A DNA stretch of 64,000 nucleotides, taken from NCBI GenBank assembly GCA_004431415.1, contig QPMI01000111.1:48018-112017 (forward strand), in the 5' to 3' direction. The notes beneath the pieces are model-generated. The model did not search any database. It worked only from the letters and a program-made list of their open reading frames with translations, and had not been told where the DNA came from. This document shows positions 48,941 through 59,961 of the stretch, piece after piece (positions within the stretch are counted from its first letter, which is position 1; every line of letters begins with the position of its first letter). This DNA is from Cyanophora paradoxa CCMP329. Lineage: Eukaryota; Plantae; Glaucophyta. The translations under genes and the position numbers were made by a program.

Positions 48941-49679
48941 TTACTGCCCGAACCTTCCGAACTTGCGTAATTCGGCCTCGCCCTGTACCCAGTGGCTGGT
49001 GTCGTCCATCCATTCGCGTACCTCCCTCTGACGCTTGAGTGACTCACGCTGCTCGGGGGTAGGGGAGGGGGGCCTTCGAGGCGGGGTGGGGAAGGGGGTA
49101 CGGTGGCAAAATTCAGCCACTCGGGGGTATGCCGAATTCGCCGTGAACGATCCTCTGCGGTGTGAAATACCGGTCGCTGCTCACGGCCAAGTGGAAGAAC
49201 GCGCTCCTGAGCCCGGAGAGGAAGCGTGGTTGCATGAATGGCTGCTGGAGGGACTCGTCGCGCCAGGGGGCTACGAAATCAATGATACGCTGCTGTACCT
49301 GCGCGGGCAGGGCAAGGATCTGGCTCTTGCGGTTCGCAAAGGCCGTCCACAGCGCTTGCAGGTCGGCCCAATCGCCGTTCAGATCCCTGCGTTCGCGCCT
49401 CAGGTACGATCTCGGGTTCTCTGTCATACCCATCAAGCCCGCGGCCCTGATCATCTCCCTGTCCGGGAGCTCTCGCTCGTCGTGGAATTCGTCTCTAATC
49501 CAGCGCACAAGGTAGAGCACGCGCTCCATGAAGTTCTCCGCCGGCGAGCCGCCCCCTGAGGACGTGCGCCTCCCCTCCAGCACTGCGTTCGCATCCTCCA
49601 AGTCCACGTTCCGCTGTCGAATCTCCCCGTCCAGGTCGCCGTTGTTGTACAGCACGTCGGACTCGCGTGTTCGCGCCAT
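48941..49679 (-). pseudogene. hypothetical viral protein, paralog of 49713-50408, with in-frame TGA at 49113-49115
   Basis: The frame continues past the TGA: PSG*ILPPYP..REVREWMDDTSHWVQGEAELRK, matching the paralog PLGWEEYP..REWEEWSNDPKNWLPGEAEMRK. Confidence 0.7.
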
Positions 49680-49712
49680 GCTCGCGGCTCGGTGAGAATT
49701 TATACCTGTACC

Positions 49713-50408
49713 CTACTCGCGGTCGGGGTACCTGTCGCCGGGCATCAGCCTCGCGCGCTTCCGCATCTCCGCCTCCCCGGGTAGCCAGTTCTTCGGGTCG
49801 TTGCTCCACTCCTCCCATTCGCGTATGTCCCGTCTGACGTCACGCGGGCGGGGGCGTTTATCGGTGGGGCGGGCGGGGCTGGCAGGGCCTGGCGCGGGGG
49901 TTGAGGCCCTGTTCCACGAGTACTCGGGGTACTCTTCCCATCCCAGGGGTACCAGATTCATCGGAATTGGCTCAACTTCGAATTGGGGCTTTTTGACGTG
50001 ATAATCATAGTTTGTGACATACGCCGTCACAGCCGAGCGCAAGCGCGAGAGGTCGCGCAAATTTACGTCGTCCCATTGCGAGTCCCTTGCCTTCGCGTAC
50101 CACTCGAGGATTTGCATGCGAATGTGGTCCGGGAGGGTCGAGAGTATGCTGAGCTTGGAGCCCAGGGCGAACCAGATGCGCTTGAACTCGTCGATAATCC
50201 TGCCCTCGTCGTGGCTCCGAACGTAAAGGGCCCCGCCAGAGTTGTAATGCGTGTCTAGCCACCCTGCCCGGGCCAGCTCTAGCACCGGCCAGGGTTGGCG
50301 CTGTCGATTCGGTCGCGAGGCCTGCTCTACCACCCAGCGTCTAAGGTCCTTGACCTGATCTATGAACTGTGCGATCACGTCCCTGGGCGCTTCCTCTGCA
50401 TCCGACAT
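49713..50408 (-). CDS. hypothetical viral protein
   Basis: Intron-less ATG ORF (MSDAEEAPR..), divergent from YqaJ across 50 bp. Confidence 0.75.
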   Translation of the reverse strand: MSDAEEAPRDVIAQFIDQVKDLRRWVVEQASRPNRQRQPWPVLELARAGWLDTHYNSGGALYVRSHDEGRIIDEFKRIWFALGSKLSILSTLPDHIRMQILEWYAKARDSQWDDVNLRDLSRLRSAVTAYVTNYDYHVKKPQFEVEPIPMNLVPLGWEEYPEYSWNRASTPAPGPASPARPTDKRPRPRDVRRDIREWEEWSNDPKNWLPGEAEMRKRARLMPGDRYPDRE

Positions 50409-50458
50409 TTGCAATTGCACACATCAAGAAATTCTAAACGCTACTGCGAGGCTACGCT

Positions 50459-51115
50459 ATGCATACCGATACAAATTGCGAGACTTTGCAACAGGGGAGC
50501 GCAGCGTGGCACGCGGCGCGCCGTGAAAAACTAACTGCATCTAATTTTGCGGCTGCGTGCGGCATAAACCCCTGGAAATCCAGGGCCCGCCTGTGGGCGG
50601 AGCTAAGCGGGATAGCGGAGGAAAACAACTTTGACAACCCTGCCCTAACCTACGGGCATGACTATGAGCCCTTCGCGGTCTCTCTCTACAAAACGTTGAA
50701 CAATAACGTGGACGTGCAACATACTGGATTGCACGAACATAAGGAACTGCCCTTCCTGGCGGGGAGCCCGGACGGGCTAATCGGAAACGATCGCATACTC
50801 GAAATAAAATGTCCGTACAAACAAGAACTCTACGACAAGGTTCCTACCTATTACATGACGCAGCTGCAAGGACTTTTAGACATAACGGGCCGCGAGTGGG
50901 CCGAACTTTTTTGCTTCACGCCTCTGCGCGTGCGAACGTGGTACGTCAGACGGGACGAGAGGTACATTCAGCTCATGCGGCGGTGCTTACATCTATTTTG
51001 GTCGCACGTGAAGGCTGGAACTCCGCCCGAGCCCTACAGCGATCGAATGAAGTCAGAGAACCTCAGCGAGGAGCAGGCGGCGCTGCGCGAGTTTAAGTTG
51101 TACGCCCTCCTCTAG
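50459..51115 (+). CDS. YqaJ-like viral recombinase / lambda-type exonuclease
   Basis: QGSAAWHAARREKLTASNF, GHDYEP, FLAGSPDGLI, ILEIKCP, YYMTQLQGLL. Confidence 0.95.
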   Translation: MHTDTNCETLQQGSAAWHAARREKLTASNFAAACGINPWKSRARLWAELSGIAEENNFDNPALTYGHDYEPFAVSLYKTLNNNVDVQHTGLHEHKELPFLAGSPDGLIGNDRILEIKCPYKQELYDKVPTYYMTQLQGLLDITGREWAELFCFTPLRVRTWYVRRDERYIQLMRRCLHLFWSHVKAGTPPEPYSDRMKSENLSEEQAALREFKLYALL

Positions 51116-51364
51116 TGTCTCGACCCTCTCAGATATTAATTTAAAGATCTGGGAGGGTCGGGACACGTCTCTTGGTCAGACTACTTATGTACGCCCTCCT
51201 CTAGTGTCTCGACCCTCTCAGATATTAATTTAAAGATCTGGGAGGGTCGGGACACGTCTCTTGGTCAGACTACTTATGTACGCCCTCCCTCCTCTAGTGT
51301 CCGGACCTTTCCAATAATCTATAAAGAAAGTAGGGAGGGTCCGGACACGTCTCTTGGTCGGACT
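51099..51364. repeat. three tandem 89-bp units, each with a ~52-bp hairpin with an AT-rich loop
   Basis: Units start at 51099, 51188 and 51277. Stem gtgtctcgaccctctcagat / atctgggagggtcgggacac. Confidence 0.95.
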
Positions 51365-51643
51365 CACCGTAGCTTGGTGTAGCTCAGGCCCAGGCGGGGA
51401 AGGCGAGTCTGCAATGAATCAGACCCCACAGGATTTGGTTGAGCTGCTCTTTGCAGGGGGGCAGGAAGGCGGCCGCAGAGGGCTAGGGAGACTAGATCTA
51501 ATTAGTAATCCCACACCGCGCATGTGCAAGCGACAGAGAACGAAGTGAGTAAATGCAGATCGATGATACGGCAATCATGAGTTGTTCAGAAAAGGTCGGG
51601 ACACATAGAGAGTGCATGCCCTCACTCTCGTCCGCCCTCGCAA

Positions 51644-51693
51644 TGTCCCGACCCTCCCAGATCTTTAAATTAATATCTCAAAAAGTCGAGACA
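51644..51693 (-). repeat. reverse copy of the hairpin element
   Basis: tgtcccgaccctcccagatctttaaattaatatc is the reverse complement of the unit core. Confidence 0.9.
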
Positions 51694-51794
51694 TTCATTG
51701 ATCATATGCATGACGTCACTTGAATTCGCACGTTCGTATTTACACACTGGCACGCGCATCCCGTTCGCGAAGTCCACACTGTGACATCCGACAA

Positions 51795-54700
51795 TCACAC
51801 GCGCCTGTGAATGAGAGCATAGCAGTCGGAGAAAACGTTGTAAACCTCTGGGAAGCTTGGCGCCATGCCTGCCCTTGCCTGCTTAGCCTGGCGCTCTACT
51901 GCGTCGTCGAGCATGTCTTCCTCCCACGTGATGTAGCGTCGCTTTCGGCTGCCCATTTGCCCTCCGTCCGCGTCGGAGAAAGCGCGTCTCACTCCGAGGT
52001 ACTTCTCCAGCAGGTACTTGATGACTTGCCAAGACTGCTGCGAGAGCCGCTTCTTCTCACCGTCCGCTGCATCGAAGCGGGGCGCGCGCTCGTCCAGACT
52101 CTGCAGAGCCGCGTACGCCTCCCGACCCTCCGGCGACGCCAGGGCCGCGTAGGCTTCGTCCGACCACAGAGCACGCCCCGCGAGCTTTCCATACCCCGCC
52201 AGCCGAAGAGTTTCTTGAACAGCGCGACGACCTTCGATACCTTGAGGCGCTCAGCAGTAGGCACGATCTCGGCAACGTCCGCGCCATGCTTCAGCACCAG
52301 CGTGACCACGGCAGTGAGCGGGATGGAGTAGAACGAATCCCACATCCAGGCGACGTCTCCTTCGGTCAGCTCGCTCGGATCCTTGGCCAGGAACGCGGCG
52401 ATCGACGTGCGAGCAAGCGAAGCAACCTTCTCGATGTCCAGCTTAGCGAGAGACTCGCGGGACTGCCTCCAGGCCAGCACCGTGCTCCACAGATCGACGG
52501 GCTCCAGCGCGCCCGCCTCCAGCACGCTCCTGATCTCGCGCAGCCGCTGCTCCTTCTCCTGCTTCGGTCCGCTCGGGTTTTGATCCTCCGTGACTTGCAC
52601 GTTCATCAGCGCGCAGGTCGACATCAGCCGCAGGCGCGCTGCCACTGCGAGGCGCCGAGTGGCATGCCGGCGCGGCGGCTCCCGCGGTGGCTAGCCTTCA
52701 GGTCCAGGTAGCGCTGCATGTCGTCCGAGCTCTCGTCGTCGTCGCTCTCACGCCAGTGCGCAGCCGCCGCGCCGACCGCAACCGAGGGCGTCCGGTTCTT
52801 GCGCACGGCGACGAGCAGGTGCTCCCCGTCGGGCGTGCTGCGTTTGCGCAGCCTTCTGACTCGAAACAGCAGCTGCACGATGTCGTCCGCCTCCAGCTGC
52901 GCGGGCTCTGCCTGGAACACGCCGTAGACCTTGTCAAAGTGCGCGTCCGAAAAGTCCACGCCTGCCCCGAGCGCGGAAGTTGCGATGAGCACGTCGCAGG
53001 CCTTGTACGCGCCCTCCTCAGACACATCGATCGACACGATGCGCACTGGGCCGTCGTTCGTGAAGCGCACGCTCTTCTCCTTGGCCTGCCCAACGATGAG
53101 CCCGATCGTGAACGGTGCGCCGCTGCCGTCCTCGGGCCCTGCCTCGAGCTGAGTCACGTACTGAGCGCCGCCCAGGCTGAGCTGCTCCAGCGCCTGCTTC
53201 GCAATCTTCTCCTGCATCTCGATCGCCTTGGCCGGCGTCTCTGCAATGATCATCGCCCGGCAGCGCCCCGGTCTGCACAGCGCCATGATGTCCGCCTCGA
53301 CGTGCGCCGGGCTGTCTGACACGCGCATCTTCCAGTCGCAGGTGCGATGCGAGTTGTACAGGAGCCCCAGGCGCGCCCCGACCTCCTGCGCCGACTCTGC
53401 CAGGTACGCGAGATCGACCGACCGAACGAAGCCGTCCATCGCCACGATGCGCGATGCCTTCATCACGCCGCGCCATAGGCCCACGCAGCGCGCGTTTCGA
53501 GGCACTGACCGCATACCTAGGTGCAGGCCGGTGGCTCGAGGGTGCCGCTCGAGGTGAGGTGCTTCGTGAGGGAGGAGAGCTCGTCCAGCACGACCAGTAG
53601 CGGCGCCGTCGACCAGCCCTCCCAGTCCTCGAGCACCTTGTGCAGCGAGTCCCATGTGATGACGACGCACCTGCACTCCTCATGGCGGAAGCCCCACTTG
53701 CCATGCGATCCCTTTGAGCTCTCCGGTGGCTTCTTGATGTCCATGTAAAGCACGGCGTCCTTTGACAACTCCGCAGCATCAATGCGACGCTTGAGGTCGC
53801 GGGAGAAGGCCCGGCGGCAAGTCACGAGGATCACTCGCCAGCCGCCTGCAAGGGCCGGGTCCAGGTACGCATCGATCAGCGCCTGCGTCTTCCCCGTGTT
53901 GAGTCCCGAGCAGATGACGTCGACCTGCGGCTGAGCGGATCTCGGGTTCTGCTCCAGCGCCCGAATGCGGAGGTAAGGATCTTGCACGAGAGGTGGCGTT
54001 CATCCACTGCATTGACGCAAGCCTCCAGGCCCGTCGACTCGAGCGCGATCAGGAGGGAGGGGAGGGCAATGTCGAAGGCGACAGGCTGCGAGGGATCGGT
54101 CACATAGCGGGTCTGTGCCACGCTGCCCGACTCCCCTCCGGTCCCTCCCCCTCGAGCTCGACTTCAATACCGTGCGCCTGGATGGAGATTCGAGCCGCCG
54201 GCGCCCCCGGCTGACTCCCGCCCAGGACGAGGGTGATGGACCCGTCGGGCTCGACTCCAAGGTGCTGAACGCGGCGGGCGTCGTGCAGGCCAAGGTCCGC
54301 GCGCAGCTCTGCCCCGCCTTCCAGATCTCGTCCCTCACCGCCTTGTTCTTGCGCAGGCGGTCCAGGAGCCGCTCCAAGGCCGGCAGGCTTGGGCTCGAAT
54401 CCAGGAGAGCGCCCGGCTCCGGGATGGGCTTAGCGCGGGGCGCCGAGCTTCTGGATGGAGTGGGGAGGAGCTCCGCTCGCGGCCCGGGCGCCGGCCCCCG
54501 CAGAACGTAGCCCCCGTGCCATCCACACCGAGCTCCAGGCCGCTCGAGCTCCCAAAGAACCATGCCATGAGATCGCAAGCCTCCGGGCTCTGTAGGACGT
54601 AGGCAGCCTTGAATCCATTATCCAAGGGGCGAGAGAAAGTGAAGCCTCCGAACTTGGTTGCAAAGGCGCAGGCTGCCGCGGTGCTCGTCTCATCCTCGGC

Positions 54701-54909
54701 ACCCGAGAAGTGGCTGGGGTGATGCAGGGCGGGTGGAAGACGCAGAAAGCCGTCCCCAGGGTCGGGCTGCAGGCCTTCTGGACTTCGACGAGAGGGAATC
54801 GAACGAAAAAGCTGCACTCCTGCTCGCTCAGATCTATCTGCTGTACCCCGGGCCCGGGCATACGGGCCAGGAAGGCGTCGACGTCGAGAGACACGCGTCC
54901 GGTTGCCAT
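51795..54909 (-). pseudogene. origin-binding-protein (herpes UL9 / NCLDV OBP)-like SF2 helicase, several frameshifts
   Basis: CSGLNTGKT (Walker A), LVTCRRAFS, TWDSLHK, LVVLDELSS (Walker B), IVAMDG, DVLIATSALGAGVDF..HFD and QLLFRVRRL are spread over several frames. Confidence 0.85.
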
Positions 54910-54999
54910 GGTCGTCTCTCTATAGCTAGGCTTGGAAAATTCTAGATCTACTAGGCTAGTCAACGTCTGTTGGCTAGCTATAGTCGACGTCTGGACTGC

Positions 55000-55049
55000 T
55001 GTCTCGACCTTCTGAGATATTAATTTAAAGATCTGGGAGGGTCGGGACA
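55000..55049 (+). repeat. forward copy of the hairpin element
   Basis: tgtctcgaccttctgagatattaatttaaagatctgggagggtcgggaca. Confidence 0.9.
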
Positions 55050-56199
55050 GGCTTTGGTCCGACCTTAAGCGCTCAACTAGACCCGGTTGACACCGTCTTG
55101 ATCTCTCCTTCTTGGCGCAGCGGACGATGTGACGCGCAGACCGTCGGCCGGCGGACGGGGAGGCGCGCGCGTAGAACTTCGGAAGCGCTAGCCCTTGCTT
55201 GACCGAAGCTTAGAAAGTTTTGAGCGCACGTGAATGCGACACGTGTAGAGAGAAGGCAGAGCGCGCCGGAGCTAGCTTGCGCGGCCGAGCGCTCGACCGC
55301 CTTTGCTCCTAAGCTCAGAAAGTTTTGGGCTCACGCGGTTGCTCCACGTGTTTCGACTCAAAACACAGTACCCCAACCCGAAAAAAAGCGCCCGGGCAGC
55401 GCATCTCGCAGCGCCCGGGCCCAGCGCTCCTTGCAGCACTTGCCAGAGGCACTAGCTTGCATTCCGCTCAGCCCGGAGAGCCGCCGCCTCGCTCCTTTCG
55501 ATTCGGAGGTGCGCCTCACTTCGCAACCTCTTTCTCCGCACCACGGCTAGCTCCGGACCTCAGATTTTGGGCGCTGGAAAGCTCTCTCGACGCCGCACTC
55601 ACGCCGCCACGCGCAGGGTCGCTCGCGCCGGCCGCGGACCTTCGAAAGCTCGATGGCGCCCGAGCCGGAGCACTCCGCCGCATCCCGCAGGTGCCAGCTC
55701 GCTCTCTTGCCGCTCTATCCCTTGCATTTAGCACCTAGAACATGCCCCGCAACCTCGCGCTCGATTCGCCCGCGTCCGCTGACATTTGGTCTCTGAGCAG
55801 GTGCCGAGATTGGCCGCCGCGCCTTCCGCAACTCGAGCCGACGTTCGCGGCGACTTGCGCACGCTTCTAGATCTCGTTCTCAAGCCCGCGCATCGATTCG
55901 GCGGCTCCGGCTCGCCTCCCCGCGCCTCCAGCCCCGCGCCCCACACCCGTTCTTGTCCTAGCTAAGCCCTCCCTTGTCCGCGGCCAGTCGCGGGCTACGC
56001 GCATCGCGGATAGCATCAGTGGAGCTACGTTTCAGCGCTGGACGCAGGCCCGCCCGCCCAATCCCTCCCACCTCCCGCTCGCAGCACGCTCACTGGGCCG
56101 CAGGCAGCTTCGCGGGGAGCCGCTGGATTCGAAGCCGCGCACCTTCCCCGCCCGTCCCGACGTCGTACGCGCTAACGTCGCCCGCGCCGCAGGTGGCCG

Positions 56200-56560
56200 C
56201 CAGGCCTCCTGCATCCAGGCCTTCGAGCCGGTGTGGCTGCGGGAGAAGCGCCTCGCCTTCTGGCAGGAGACGGCCTCCTGCCCCTCACCCGCTTCATCAT
56301 CACCCACTGCGTCGTCGACCCCACCACCTTCCTCGTCGGCTCGGAGACGGAGGGCTGGATGACGAGCGTCGCGGGCATCGTCGAGTACATCGCGCGCACG
56401 GAGGGCCCGGACACCTCCGCCGCCGTCGGCGCTGACATCGAGAACGGCCGGCTGGACGAGACCCTCGCCGGCTTCGGCTCCTCGTGCCGCCTCTACTCCT
56501 ACAAGCTCGGCGGCGTCTGGCAGACCTACATCCGCGGCATCGTCCCCAAGGCCCCGCTCT
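56200..56560 (+). pseudogene. possible C-terminal remnant of a D5-like primase-helicase (winged-helix region)
   Basis: ..VWLREKRLAFWQE../PLTRFIITHCVV..TYIRGIVPK resembles the D5/P4-alpha C-terminal pattern. No Walker motifs remain. Confidence 0.35.
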
Positions 56561-57390
56561 CCCTCGGCGAGAGCCAGCCGGCGCTGGAGGCGATCGCGAT
56601 CCCCGTCGCCCAGTTCAAGGACCCGGTGGCCGACGTCGGGCCCTTCCTCGTCAAGCCCACACCAAGGGCAAGGGCAAGCGCACCCGCAACTCGGCGCCGG
56701 CCTTCCTCCCGCCCCAGCCCCCGCCACGGCCCCCAGCAGCGCCCCGGCCAGCAGCGCATCGACGAGATGCTGCCGCGCCAGGTCCGGCCCCGCGTACCCC
56801 CCGCCTTCCCTCCCGTACCCCCCTCCCCCCGCCCCCCTCCTGATCCAAGGCAGGGTACCCGACGAACGGCGGCGCGGGCCGAGCGGCTACGGGAGCTCGG
56901 CCTCCTCCGCGAGCGCCGACGGCCCCAGCCCCTCCCCGGCCCCGGCGCCGTCCTCACCGCGATCCAGGGCTTCGGGGCCAGCAGGAGGCCGAGCGGCGGG
57001 CGCTGGCGGCGCGCCAGGCGCGCGAGGCGGAGGAGCGGCGCCAGGCCCTCTGGGCCCAGCGCCTGCAGGCCACCATCGCCTTCCGCGCCGAGCTGGACTC
57101 CGGCTTCCGCGCCGGCCAGATCGCCGGGGCGGAGGCCTCGGAGCGCTGGCGGGCGTTCGAGGCGGAGTCGGCGGGGCTGGCGAAGGGCCTCGGCTACAGC
57201 TACCGGCGCGTGCCCGTGCTCAAGGACTACGCGTCGGCCGCGGCGCGGGAGGCCTCGCGGGCGGAGATCGACGCGGCGGAGGAGCAGGCGGCGCGCGAGG
57301 AGGCCGAGGACAACGCGCGCTTCCGGCACCTGCACCACTGAGGCCCCGAGGCGGTATTTTTTCTCAACCCTCCCTCAATTCGGTCCCGCG

Positions 57391-57579
57391 ATGGCCTTCG
57401 AAGCTTATCCTGCCCACTACTCGCTAGGAGCGCTGGCCGCGACCCTCACCTGGCTCCTCGGCGGCACCCCCACGGCCTCGGCGGTCATAGGCGTGGGCTT
57501 CGGCTACGCCGCCAAGTCCCTCTACGCCCCCGGCGGCGCCTCGCAGGCGGCGGCCGGCATGCGCCCCGCCGGGCGCTAA
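57391..57579 (+). CDS. small hydrophobic viral protein (62 aa)
   Basis: MAFEAYPAHYSLGALAATLTWLLGG..VIGVGFGY; TTTTCT motif upstream. Confidence 0.6.
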   Translation: MAFEAYPAHYSLGALAATLTWLLGGTPTASAVIGVGFGYAAKSLYAPGGASQAAAGMRPAGR

Positions 57580-57674
57580 CTTTTCAAAGTTCATTCTCCC
57601 CTCCCCCTTTTCCGAGTTCCGAGTCCGTTGGCGTTCCCTTTTAAATTTTCTTCATTCTCGTTACACGTTCGAAG

Positions 57675-58153
57675 ATGTCGAGCGCGGTAGAGAAGCTGCT
57701 GTGCACCGTGTTCAAATCGGATTCGCGATGCAGCAAGATCGGCGAGGCGGCGAGGGCTAAGGGCGGGGCGGCGGCGGAGGGGCCCAGGGTGAAGGCGGCG
57801 GATCCCGCGCCGCCGTCGCTGAAAACGATCAAGGGGGCGGGCAAGGGCAGGAGCGTGGGGGCGCTGCCCCTCGTGGCGATCGCGCCGGGGCAGAGGGAGG
57901 CGGCGCACGCGGCGACGGCGGCGCTGGCCGCGCGGCGGCAGGCGGAGGCCTACCCGTGCCTGGGCCGGGGCTGCACCCGCCGGCCGGCCGCCCCTACGCC
58001 GTGAGCGCCTACTTCGACGAGGCCAACCGGCTGAGCTGCCAGGAGCTGTGCGACAACCGCATGCGGCGCGCCGTGGACGGGCACCTGCCGCTGCTGGTGG
58101 CGCTGGGCGGCTCGCTCCTGATGGTCTGGTACCTGCGCGGCCTGGTCATTTAG
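57675..58153 (+). pseudogene. viral protein with C-terminal TM helix, frameshifted near 57960
   Basis: MSSAVEKLLC.. joins ..LPLLVALGGSLLMVWYLRGLVI* in another frame. Confidence 0.55.
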
Positions 58154-58179
58154 ATAGTTTTTCGAAGTCTAGGTCAAAG

Positions 58180-58581
58180 ATGGGCTGGGTGGACGCCGTG
58201 CTGACCAAGGTCTTCGGACCGAAGAGCGCGCAGCCGCCGCCGAGCTTCAACCTGGCCGCGGCGATCAGCACGACGATCGAGCGCAAGAACAACGAGCTCA
58301 TCCTAAAGAACGACGGCAAGCTTCCCTGGGCCGACGTGGCCGCGGGCGCACTCGGCAGCACGCTGACGGGAATCGATCGGACGGGCGCCGCGGGCGTGAA
58401 GGTCGGGCAGGCGGTTGCGGCCGTGCCGGAGCTTGCGATGAAGGGCTGGCACTACGCCAAGATCGCCGCCGGCGTCGCCGCCGTGCTCCTTGCGATCTGG
58501 CTCGCGTGGCAGCTGCGCGGCGCCTACCAGGGCGCGCGCCTGCAGAGCGCCCAGCTCGACTATTTTCTAAAGGCTAGGTAA
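58180..58581 (+). CDS. viral membrane protein
   Basis: MGWVDAVLTKVFG..IAAGVAAVLLAIWLAWQL with strong GC3 coding bias. Confidence 0.7.
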   Translation: MGWVDAVLTKVFGPKSAQPPPSFNLAAAISTTIERKNNELILKNDGKLPWADVAAGALGSTLTGIDRTGAAGVKVGQAVAAVPELAMKGWHYAKIAAGVAAVLLAIWLAWQLRGAYQGARLQSAQLDYFLKAR

Positions 58582-58593
58582 AGCGAGCGAACC

Positions 58594-58966
58594 ATGCGCG
58601 GCGGCTCTTCCCCCCGTGTTTCCTTCGCTGAGAACCCGGTGGCGAACGCAGTCGCCCTACCCCCTGGAGCCCGGAGTGAAGCTGGAGCGTGCGAACGCAG
58701 TCTCCGTCAAGAAGGCCAAGCGCACGCTGGCGCTGGAAGTCCCGGTCGCGGAGGATACGGAGAAGGTTGCATTCAACAAGCGCAAGACGTACAAGGCGAT
58801 ACGCGAGGGACAGCTGCTGCCCACGGACTCGGTTCCCGGGCTGCCGGGCACCACGGCCGGCGAGCTCCTAGTGCGCAACCTGCGCCTGCAGTACGTCTCC
58901 CGCCTCCGCCGCTCCAAGGCCAAGAAGGCGCGCCTGGACTCGGGCGATAGCAGCTCTAGCTCGTAG
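58594..58966 (+). pseudogene. basic viral protein, frameshifted
   Basis: MRGGSSPRVSFAENP.. continues in another frame as ..VKKAKRTLALEV..RLRRSKAKKARLDS. Confidence 0.55.
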
Positions 58967-58993
58967 GGCTCTGTACTGTTGTATTCAATGCCT

Positions 58994-59275
58994 TTACCAG
59001 TTCCTGTTCCTATCCCAGAGCACGACTCGGGTGAAGGGCACGGTCATAGCGAACATGAACTCGGCGAACTTTGCAAAGTTCATCAGGGTTCCCAGGCGGG
59101 GATCCTCCCAGTAGATCGCCTCGCGCAGCGCCTCGTAGACGCGCATGAGGGAGCGCTCGTTCTCCGTCGCGAAGGCGTCGCCGGGCTCGTCGGGTCGGAT
59201 CCGTGAGCTCGGAGTACTCGTCCGAGCTGCCCGCGCTCTCGGCACCTGCGGCGGGGTCGGGCGAGGGTCGGGCAT
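58994..59275 (-). CDS. small conserved-looking NCLDV-type protein
   Basis: FATENERSLMRVYEALREAIYWEDPRLGTLMNFAKFAEFMF resembles small phycodnavirus proteins (from memory, unverified). Confidence 0.5.
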   Translation of the reverse strand: MPDPRPTPPQVPRARAARTSTPSSRIRPDEPGDAFATENERSLMRVYEALREAIYWEDPRLGTLMNFAKFAEFMFAMTVPFTRVVLWDRNRNW

Positions 59276-59323
59276 TCTTTGCTGGTAGAAGGGTTAGAAG
59301 AGGGACCAGAAAATCACTAGCAA

Positions 59324-59665
59324 TCACGGGCGCCGGAACTCCATCGAGTCGCCGCGCCAGTACTTGTTGCCGGAGGCGAGCAGCTTCATCGGCTCGCCCG
59401 TCGAATCGTGCTTCCAGGCCTCGCCGTCCCAGAGGGCCGTGCCGCCGTCCTCTAGCTTGAGGCGGTGGCCCGGCTCGAGCCGGTTGCCGTCGAGCATGCG
59501 GCCGGCCATGAGCGCCAGGTCCCACTCGGTGAGGTTGCGCTGCTCTGCGGGGGTGAGGCCGCGCTCGACGCGCTCGGGCTGGCGCGCCTCGCGCTCCATG
59601 CGGCTGAGGCCTACCAGGAAGAAGATGGGCAACGCAAAGGCCATGAGATCTAGCAGGGCCTCCAT
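59324..59665 (-). CDS. viral protein with N-terminal TM anchor
   Basis: MEALLDLMAFALPIFFLVGL..; TTTTCTAA motif just upstream. Confidence 0.65.
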   Translation of the reverse strand: MEALLDLMAFALPIFFLVGLSRMEREARQPERVERGLTPAEQRNLTEWDLALMAGRMLDGNRLEPGHRLKLEDGGTALWDGEAWKHDSTGEPMKLLASGNKYWRGDSMEFRRP

Positions 59666-59675
59666 TGGGCAAGAC

Positions 59676-59961
59676 TTAGAAAAGGTTCCGGACCAGGCCG
59701 AGAGCTGCGGGCCCAGGCGCCGGGCGGCGTAGTAGAGCGCGGCCGCCGCCGCCGCAAGGATCAGAAGGCGCGGCGGGCCGCGCGCCGGCTCCTCCAGGGT
59801 CAGGTCCACGGTCTCCGGCCGCGCGCCGGAGCCGCCAGGATCTCGGGCTCGGAGCAGAGGGACTTGGGCCCGCGGCGGCGGCGCTGCTTGGGCGCCGAGG
59901 CGGCGGCGGTGAGAAGGTCCTCAGGCTCCTGCTTGATACCTGCGCAATCGGTGAAGTCCAT
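59676..59961 (-). pseudogene. small viral TM protein, frameshifted
   Basis: MDFTDCAGIKQEPED.. then ..PRLLILAAAAAALYYAARR in another frame. Confidence 0.5.

Noticed and set aside
49113-49115. Alternative genetic code (TGA=Trp)
   Set aside because: Single instance; TGG is used for Trp elsewhere and TGA terminates neighbouring genes.
51099-51364. CRISPR-like array beside a Cas4-like nuclease
   Set aside because: Whole 89-bp units are duplicated, including the would-be spacer, and the nuclease has YqaJ motifs without the Cas4 Fe-S cysteine pattern.
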